A stretch of DNA of 11,143 bases from Candidatus Bathyarchaeia archaeon (GTDB lineage: Archaea > Thermoproteota > Bathyarchaeia > Bathyarchaeales > Bathycorpusculaceae): assembly GCA_049516875.1 (NCBI GenBank), contig JBEKSS010000017.1, positions 1-11,143 on the forward strand, in the 5' to 3' direction. Under the pieces are notes generated by a model, which did not search any database, was not told where the DNA came from, and saw only the letters and a list, made by a program, of their open reading frames with translations. Position numbers and translations under genes: made by a program. Positions 1 through 6,744 of the stretch are shown here, in pieces; position 1 is the first letter of the stretch; the number at the start of each line of letters is the position of its first letter.

Positions 1-2652
1 CCAGGATAGGAAGAGCCGACATCGAGGTACCAAGCCGCGGGGTCGATAGGGACTCTCGCCCGCGACGAGCCTGTTATCCCTAGGGTAATTTTTCTGACAC
101 ATCCAGCCCCCACCAAGGGGGACATGGATGATCGCTAAGCCCGGCTTTCGCCTCTGGATCCCTTACTTTGGAGGATCCAGTCAGGCCGGCTTTTGCCTTT
201 GCACTCTACGACGGGTTTCTGTCCCGCCTGAGCCGACCTTAGGGCGCCCTTGATATCTTTTCAAGGGCGTGCCGCCCCAGCCGAACTGCCCACCTACCGT
301 TGTTTCAGCGCCGAAGCGCCGGTTAGAAACACGGTCACAGAAGGACGGTGTTCCATTGTTGCCTCCCCCAGCTCCCTGAGAAACCGGAGTATAACGGCTC
401 CCGTCTACACTCTGCATCCGCAAACGTATTCCAGCGGCAGGCTGCAGTAAAACTCCACAGGGACTTCTTTTCCCGCTGGGAGTTCGTGGACTGTTCGTCC
501 ACGTTATGTGGTTTCACCGGGTACTACGCGGGGACAGCGGGGCCCTCGTTGATCCATTCATGCACGTCGGAACTTACCCGACAAGGCATTTGGCTACCTT
601 GAGAGAGTCAGAGTTACTCCCGGCGTTTGCAGGCCCTTGGCCCGGTTGAACCCGGGTTTCAGGTACCTGTACTGGCCAGGATTCAGAAACCGTTCACACG
701 CTTTCGCGCTTGCGGTTTCCTGTGTTTTTATTAAACAGTCGGGACCCCCATGTCACTGCGACCTGCCACTCCAGCCAAAGGCAAAAGCGGCAGGCACCCC
801 TTATACCAAAGGTACGGGGCTAGATTGCCGAGTTCCCTCGCAATAGTGTATACCCGACACGCCTTAGGTTCCTCGCCTAGAGACACCTGTGTCGGTTCTA
901 GGTACGGACACAAAGAATCCATCCCAACGCCCTTTTCACTGGCTCCAAAAATCGGCTGAACCACCCTAAAACGGGCAGCTATTCCTGCTTTCACCTGGTT
1001 CTCGCCATTACGGCACTTCCCAGGCTTATACAGTTAAACAAGGCGACAGCCTTGCTCAGCATATCTCGAAGCGTCAGACGTTGAGCTTGCGTTGCCGCGT
1101 GTATCTTCGTGGTTCCGGGATTTTAACCGGATTCCCTTTTGACATGGTCGGTTAGGCCATATCTTAGGACCGACTTACCCCCGGCTGACGATCGTTGCCG
1201 GGGAACCCTGGCCCCTTCGGCGGAGGGGATTCTCACCCCTCTTTGCTGTTACTACCGCCGGGATCTGCAATCCTGATCGGTCCACTGGACCTCAAGGCCC
1301 AGCTTCTGTCCAGTCAGGACGCCCTCCTACCAGTGCAACAGTGAATGTTGCATTCTGAGGTATCGGTGGCTGGCTTAGCCCCGTCAATTTTCGGGGCCGT
1401 GAGCCTCGGCGGGTGAGCTGTTACGCTTTCTTTGAAGGGTGGCTGCTTCTAAGCCTACCTCCCCGCTGTCTGAGGCTGACGACGCCCTTTTGTTTGACAT
1501 TTGGCCAGCACTTGGGGACCTTAACCTCAGTCTGGGTTGTCCCCCTCTCGGTCATGGAGCTTACCCCCACTAACCCGTTTCCCAGAGTCTACGACGCTGA
1601 AAGATTCGGAGTTTGAAAAAGAAATGGAACCTTTCGGCTCCTTACTTCCTAATCAGTGCTCTACCCCATCAGCCGCCTCGTCCGGGACTGGGCTGCGACC
1701 CACTTTGGAGGGAACTAGATATCACCGGGCTAGATTGGTCTTTAGCCCCTAGCCCCAGGTCTGAAGAACGAATTGCACGTCAGCACCCTTGCGAGCCTCC
1801 ACTAGGCTTTCGCCTAGCTTCGCCCTGCCCAGGGCTAGATCGCCCGGCTTCTAGTCTCAAAGCCGTGACTCCGGGCCCTTTCAGACTCCGCACCTCGCCA
1901 CCAAAAAGGTGGTTGCGTGCATGTCGGTTTCCCTTCGCCTTCAGGCTTCTCACCTTTAGGCTTGCCACAGCCATGAACTCCCCGGCCCGTGTTTCTAGAC
2001 GGAACGTGCAACCCTGGTCCCCCTTTCTCGTACTGCCGTCTCACGGCGGTCTCCTTTGAAAGGGATCTGCCCTTCCGGGCTGCACACGTCTGTAACCGTC
2101 TGGTTTCAGGCACTTTGCACCCCCATTCCGGGGTACTTTTCATCTTTCCGTCACCGTACTAGTGCGCTATCGGTCTTGAGTTGTATTTAGTCTTGGAAGT
2201 TGGTGACTCCCGATTTCCCGCACCCAAGCCAGGGTACGGTACTCCGGGACTCCAGCTCAGCTTCTTCCGGCTTATTCTTACGGGGCTTTCACCCTCTGTG
2301 GCAGGCCTTTCCAGGCCACTTCAGTTTTGCCGGTGAGAAGGAAGCCGGGCCCTTAACACTACATCTCCCACAGGTTTCCCTGGGGGATTCGGTTTGGACT
2401 TTTCCCTCTTCGCTCGCTGCTAATAAGGGAATCCCGTTTGGTTTCTTTTCCTCCCCCTACTAAGATGCTTCAATTCGGGGGGTTCCCCCTCCTAACTAGG
2501 AGTATCACGGTTCCGAAGAACCATGATGGGAAGTCCCATTGAGGAATCCCTGGTTCTAAGGCTGCATGCGCTTACCCAGGGCTCTTTCGCGGCTTGCCGC
2601 GCCCTTCTTCAGCACTCAAGCCAAGCCATTCTCCAGACGGCGTAGCATATCG
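1..2652 (-). rRNA. rrl: 23S rRNA, partial (3' end beyond window start; 5' end approximate)
   Basis: The reverse complement shows peptidyl-transferase motifs (CCCTAGGGATAACAGG at ~70-85; CGATGTCGGCTC near 14-25) and an archaeal 5' end (GCCGTCTGGAGAATGGCTTGGC at ~2620-2641). The length from the 5' end to the PTC fits an intron-less archaeal LSU rRNA. Confidence 0.98.
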
Positions 2653-2847
2653 GACCTTACGGCAGTGTCTGTTTGACGTTTCGGTGAAACTTCTTTTATG
2701 TGCAGGTCTTACGGATATATGCATGGTGTCATTGTGAGCGTGTGCCGTGCTCACCTTCGCCCTTCACTCCACACCGGTTGATGGGGAGTTGCATCTGTTT
2801 GATGGCCTCAACTAACTAGCCAAACTATTCCAGAAGCAGGTTTCGCA

Positions 2848-2855
2848 CATATAAG
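2848..2855 (-). promoter_or_regulatory. Putative TATA box for the stand-alone 23S gene
   Basis: Minus strand reads CTTATATG about 200 nt upstream of the 23S 5' end. A second TATA-like CTTATTAC lies within the TCTTAT-GTA-ATAAGA inverted repeat at 2863-2877. Confidence 0.5.
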
Positions 2856-2907
2856 GATTACGTCTTATGTAATAAGAGTTTCTAATCGTGATTTTCGTGT
2901 GCTAATG

Positions 2908-2915
2908 TTTTTATT
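2908..2915 (+). promoter_or_regulatory. Putative TATA box of tRNA-Thr(TGT)
   Basis: TTTTTATT about 27-34 nt upstream of the tRNA 5' end. Confidence 0.4.
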
Positions 2916-2941
2916 TTTGATGATGCGATGCTATAGCTGAT

Positions 2942-3017
2942 GCCTCGATAGCTCAGTCGGTAGAGCAACAGCCTTGTAAGCTGTAGGTCGCGGGTTCGAT
3001 TCCCGCCCGAGGCTCCA
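2942..3017 (+). tRNA. tRNA-Thr (anticodon TGT), CCA encoded
   Basis: Cloverleaf: acceptor GCCTCGA/CCGAGGC (A7:C66 mismatch), D stem GCTC/GAGC, anticodon arm ACAGC-CTTGTAA-GCTGT (TGT at 2975-2977), T arm GCGGG-TTCGATT-CCCGC, discriminator T, then CCA. Confidence 0.97.
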
Positions 3018-3092
3018 TATCGAGCTCATGTTTCTTTGTTGGACGCTACGAAGCTTGGCTCTCGTAGTGTATGTTGAAAGTGGAGCCCTTGT

Positions 3093-3131
3093 GTTTGAGT
3101 ACTCAATCCGTGATTTTTTTGAGACTCAAAC
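3093..3131. repeat. Inverted repeat made of two palindromes
   Basis: GTTTGAGT(A)CTCAA...TTGAGACTCAAAC. The halves are TTGAGTACTCAA (3095-3106) and TTGAG-A-CTCAA (3119-3129). Confidence 0.7.
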
Positions 3132-3290
3132 GGTTAATAGTGCGCGTTGGAATGTTCCATTCTGGTGCTGTCTGGGATGGGAGCTGTTATTAGGATGGGT
3201 CGTATGAGACTATGAAGGGAAGATAGAGTACGCCGTGGACGGCACAGGGCTTTCGGTGGGTCGATGGATAAGTGTGGAGTGTGACTTGCA

Positions 3291-3857
3291 ATGCGCGAGT
3301 TTGTTGTTTATTCACGTTTGGGAAGAACTGAACCGAGCTTTGGAAATCTTCACGACGCGGGCAGGTTGGATATAGTGTACGAGTGTGTAGTTGCGAGCTT
3401 GTTTCTTTCTCACGCGATTCGAAAAGACGTGGTCTTCCATGCCATATTGAGTGGACCGCCAGCGCCGCCTTTGCACCTGAGAATAGAGGGGGCAACGCTT
3501 CATGATGTCCGCACGGATCAGCAGACGTGGGAGAGAATCTTGAGAAAGGTTTTGGGGGGCCAAACTCATCCGGGCATAACCACCGACAAGACGAGTTTTG
3601 AAGCCTTGTTGAAGAATAGGGCTAAGGCGTCTCAAGCAATGATTTATGTTCTTGAAGAGAAGGGAAGAAACATTTCTGAGGCTGAAATGAGGGAAAACGT
3701 AGTTTTCGTTCTCGGAGACCATATTGGCTTGCCGAAGATTGCTGAAAACTTTGCCCTGCGCTTCGCTGAAAAGATCAGTCTTGGAAAACAACCTTACCTG
3801 GCAGCTTCGTGCATAACCATTCTAAACTATTTGATGGATAGGAAAGCCAGCACTTGA
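3291..3857 (+). CDS. trmY: tRNA (pseudouridine(54)-N1)-methyltransferase, SPOUT family
   Basis: 188 aa with AGRLDIV, LFLSHAIRKD, GPPAPP and the SPOUT knot motifs VLEEKG, FVLGDHIG and ISLGKQPYLAASCI. Confidence 0.93.
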   Translation: MREFVVYSRLGRTEPSFGNLHDAGRLDIVYECVVASLFLSHAIRKDVVFHAILSGPPAPPLHLRIEGATLHDVRTDQQTWERILRKVLGGQTHPGITTDKTSFEALLKNRAKASQAMIYVLEEKGRNISEAEMRENVVFVLGDHIGLPKIAENFALRFAEKISLGKQPYLAASCITILNYLMDRKAST

Positions 3858-3869
3858 AGCAATACTTGA

Positions 3870-3880
3870 TTTCTTTTTTT
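3870..3880 (+). terminator. Oligo-T archaeal-type terminator after trmY
   Basis: TTTCTTTTTTT about 12 nt after the stop codon. Confidence 0.5.
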
Positions 3881-4015
3881 GTCTCTGATTTGTTGAATGA
3901 AGCTAGGCTCTAGTCAAACGTAGCGTGCGCTACTTCCTAAATTTCCAATCCTTATTCAAACTTAGCAAGCCTTTAATTCTGTTTTCTCCTCGTTTTAGAA
4001 GGGAGTAATCAAAGT

Positions 4016-4324
4016 ATGGCTGAACGTAAACATAAGCGTGTATCAGAAGACATCGCCGAGTTAGACGAAGATGCGGGCATTGTTCTGGAACCGACACAAA
4101 TTGAGCTTGGTTCAGGGTACTCTCTGGCGGTCAGTTATGACGAGAATGAAAAACCTGTGGTTGACATCAAAACTTATGGACAAGTAGATGTTACGCGGCT
4201 GCGAAGAGAAATCGAGGGAATTTTTCCGAACGCTCAAATCCGGCAAAAAGGGCAACCGCAAACCGTGACGGTGGCCAAAAAGAACAAGAAAAAACTTGGT
4301 GCAGCAAAGAAACGATCCCGCTAA
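4016..4324 (+). CDS. Hypothetical protein, 102 aa, with acidic N-terminal half and Lys-rich tail
   Basis: ATG preceded by GGGAG (4001-4005) and a TATA-like CTTTAATT (~3971-3978). The composition is protein-like. Confidence 0.85.
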   Translation: MAERKHKRVSEDIAELDEDAGIVLEPTQIELGSGYSLAVSYDENEKPVVDIKTYGQVDVTRLRREIEGIFPNAQIRQKGQPQTVTVAKKNKKKLGAAKKRSR

Positions 4325-4571
4325 AGGTTATCGCCCAAGAATCTGATTTGAGAAGTGAGAGCGAAATAAAAGCAATCTCCCTTAAATATAAATTTTCTCT
4401 GAAAAGATCTAAAACTCAACGTGAAACCAAGAACTTGTTGAAAGTGTAGCAAAGCATGGATTGGTGGATCGCACAAGGCATACCAACATTGGCGAATCTT
4501 GCACGATCGGTTTTTTGAGTGCACTTTTCTTCTTAGTGAAGAATCAAAAACACGTAAGTGTGAAGACTGCG

Positions 4572-4838
4572 GTGGAAACAAAGGAAAGTCCTGAGAAGGG
4601 GACTGAACCGGATCTGAAACCTCTCTACGCGAGGTCAGTAGTCGACTCGTTAAGCGACGACATGGTTAACCCGTTCATGGGCGCGTACGCAGTGGAGCTC
4701 ATCGGCTGATATTTATCAGATTACGTGACAGGCCTGTTCGGCTTGGTTGCAGCCCTGCAAATCGTTTATCTTATCTCAACAGTGGGCAGAGGGATAGGCG
4801 CGGCACTGTACCTGAAGCTCGAAGAAACCTTGCGATGA
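4572..4838 (+). pseudogene. MFS transporter remnant (TM1-like segment joined to TM11-12-like segment, internal TGA)
   Basis: GTG start, then ...LYARSVVDSLSDDMVNPFMGAYAVEL (MFS TM1-like), IG*YLSDY (TGA at 4707-4709 in a G-G-x-L-S-D motif) and, in frame, LQIVYLISTVGRGIGAALYLKLEETLR* (TM12 plus KLEET). Only 88 codons against ~400 for a full MFS protein. Confidence 0.75.
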
Positions 4839-4844
4839 TGAAAG

Positions 4845-5864
4845 CTACGTTTTGAAGTGTTCGTATCCCCTCGGCTTGATGACATGCTTATTGCCCTTCA
4901 TTTCGAAAAGAACACGTTTTTTAGCCGTCACTATCCCAATTCGCAAAAGTCTTCCTCCCACCCTAGTCACGGCTTCTTCCGCTGCACTCCAAAGGCGAGG
5001 CTTCACGGTGAGAACGATCTCGTACTCTTCCCCTCCGTAAAGAGCCAACTTCGGCGGGTCTATGTTGTTGTCCTCGGCAAACCTTTCTGCTTCGCGGGCT
5101 ATTGGCAACTTGTCAACCAGAAAACCGACATTACTAGCTCTTGCAAGCTCGTGTAAGCTCCAGGCCAAACCATCGCTTGAGTCAATCGTTGCCGTAACAG
5201 CATCTGTTCGACTGAGCGCTAAACCTTCTTTCAATCGTGCACGCGGCAGCAAAACTGACTCAACGAGAACCTTGCGCACCTTCTCTATAACATCAAGATC
5301 ATTGAGCAGGATTTTAAGGCCAGCAGAAGTTTTGCCGAAAAAACCTGTAACCGCCAGAAAGTCTCCGGGCTTTGCGCCACTTCGCAACATCACTTCGCCT
5401 TGTGCCGCTGTTCCAAAGAGTGAAAGGCTGACAACAAGATCTGAAGCTTCCCCAGTATCACCGCCGATAATGTACGCACCGTATTCACGTGCGCCGGCGT
5501 TCAATCCTCTAGCAAGCTCCTCAACATCTCTTTCTACAATCCCTTTTGGCAGTCCAAGAGAAACGAGCATTGCACTTGGCTTGACGCCTTTTGCTGCAAA
5601 ATCGCTGATGTTCATGACAACCGCTTTCCTGGCGGCCTGCCAGAGACTCATGCCAAGCGGAACATCTGTCTTGGCCACCAACATATCCGTCTTCAGAATT
5701 GCAAGTTCGCCACTTCCAATAGCGCATGCAGAAACGTCATCGCCAAAGGGTATGGGCATTTTGGGCATTAAGTCTAAATGGCTCTGAACTATTTCTATTA
5801 TCTTCCGTTCGCCCAATTCCTCAGCTCTCTTCAAGGTGACCCTCCCATTCACTCTTCTTGCCAT
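4845..5864 (-). CDS. thiL: Thiamine-monophosphate kinase (true start may be TTG at 5834, which follows GGAGG)
   Basis: Motifs LGE, GDD, KTDMLV, NISDFAAKG, GGDT, RSGAKPGD, DSSDGL, GGEEYE and C-terminal GYEHF. Confidence 0.96.
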   Translation of the reverse strand: MARRVNGRVTLKRAEELGERKIIEIVQSHLDLMPKMPIPFGDDVSACAIGSGELAILKTDMLVAKTDVPLGMSLWQAARKAVVMNISDFAAKGVKPSAMLVSLGLPKGIVERDVEELARGLNAGAREYGAYIIGGDTGEASDLVVSLSLFGTAAQGEVMLRSGAKPGDFLAVTGFFGKTSAGLKILLNDLDVIEKVRKVLVESVLLPRARLKEGLALSRTDAVTATIDSSDGLAWSLHELARASNVGFLVDKLPIAREAERFAEDNNIDPPKLALYGGEEYEIVLTVKPRLWSAAEEAVTRVGGRLLRIGIVTAKKRVLFEMKGNKHVIKPRGYEHFKT

Positions 5865-6094
5865 TGTTTTTAAGCTATCTTGCAGGCTGAATCGTGGTGG
5901 TGCTCCAGCAAGCGAGTCGTTCTAAATATAGTATCTAGAGGTAAAAGTATTGCTCATACTTGACCCATTCGTCAAAGACTCGAAAACTTGTGGCAGAAAT
6001 GCTTATTCCGCATCATTTCTTTGATGGCTCACTAAGATGTACTTTTTCCGAACATCTTAAAAACAAGCGTATCCTTCACTAGTGAGCGGCAGGC

Positions 6095-6168
6095 GCCTCG
6101 GTAGCTCAGCTCGGTAGAGCGGCTGCCTCGTAAGCAGCAGGCCCCGGGTTCAAAGCCCGGCCGAGGCT
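6095..6168 (+). tRNA. tRNA-Thr (anticodon CGT), CCA not encoded
   Basis: Acceptor GCCTCGG/CCGAGGC, anticodon arm GCTGC-CTCGTAA-GCAGC (CGT at 6129-6131), T arm CCGGG-TTCAAAG-CCCGG. A TATA-like CTTAAAAA lies at ~6056-6063. Confidence 0.96.
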
Positions 6169-6291
6169 TTTCAGCTTCTAGCCGTGCAAAAGACGATCAC
6201 TAAGATTCACCTATGATTCACAATCTTATTATCCGCCATGGGAGCAAATTCTGGCTAAAGGCAAGTCGAATCGGATGCTGAGTGAAAAGGT

Positions 6292-6657
6292 ATGGGCAGG
6301 ATCCAGATAAGCGATGACGCTTTGTGCACGAGAGAATTGTTGAAGAGAGTAAAGGAGACCAAGCATGAAGTGGTTGCTGAAGCAACGACTGGAGATGAAG
6401 CAATCGAGTTGTACAGGCAGGTTAAGCCTGATTTGGTGCTTTTGGACATAGTGATGTCTGATGGGAAAAGCACAGTCCACAGGATGGAAGCCCTGAAGCG
6501 AATTCTAGAGGAGGATCCTTCAGCAAACGTTGTTATCTGCAACGCTGTTGAGCAGCAGGTGCTGATAAAGGAAGCCCTGAGATCAGGGGCATAGGATTTC
6601 ATCGCGAAGCTCATCATGCCTGTGCGGATACTGGAAGCGCTGTCCAAGTATTGCTGA
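6292..6657 (+). pseudogene. CheY-like single-domain response regulator with in-frame TAG
   Basis: Receiver motifs DD and KPDLVLLDIVM. After the TAG at 6592-6594 the frame continues DFIAKLIMPVRILEALSKYC*, matching the GAKDFIxKP beta5/alpha5 end. Several conserved sites are eroded (MP->MS, NG->HR, S/T->N, KP->KL). Confidence 0.8.
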
Positions 6658-6744
6658 ACATTTTTGAAATACTAATTGTGTATTCATAAGACGTTAATTG
6701 CCCAATTTGTCAAATTTCAGCATGCTGTAACTTGGTGCGTGCGG

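Noticed and set aside
1-2652. Intron or homing endonuclease in the 23S gene
   Set aside because: The length fits an uninterrupted gene, and I saw no AT-rich insert or LAGLIDADG ORF.
181-2754. Numerous ORFs of 60-148 aa in the track
   Set aside because: They lie within the 23S rRNA gene or its leader and have no protein motifs.
2917-2940. TGATGA...CTGA box C/D-like pair before tRNA-Thr
   Set aside because: It is too short for a guide RNA, has no supporting stem and lies mostly between the TATA box and the expected TSS.
3207-3290. Peptide DYEGKIEYAVDGTGLSVGRW resembling the first Asp motif of IS4/IS5 transposases
   Set aside because: The match is very short, with no start codon and no other DDE motifs. 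A BLASTx hit would be needed.
4707-4709. TGA recoding (Gly, Trp or Sec) as a genome-wide code
   Set aside because: TGA terminates trmY, the kinase and the HIT-like gene at plausible ends. The two internal TGAs imply different residues, neither sits in a Cys-like context, and no SECIS was recognised.
5062-5787. 241-aa plus-strand ORF and other antisense ORFs over trmY, thiL, the receiver and the kinase
   Set aside because: They are shadow frames opposite well-supported genes.
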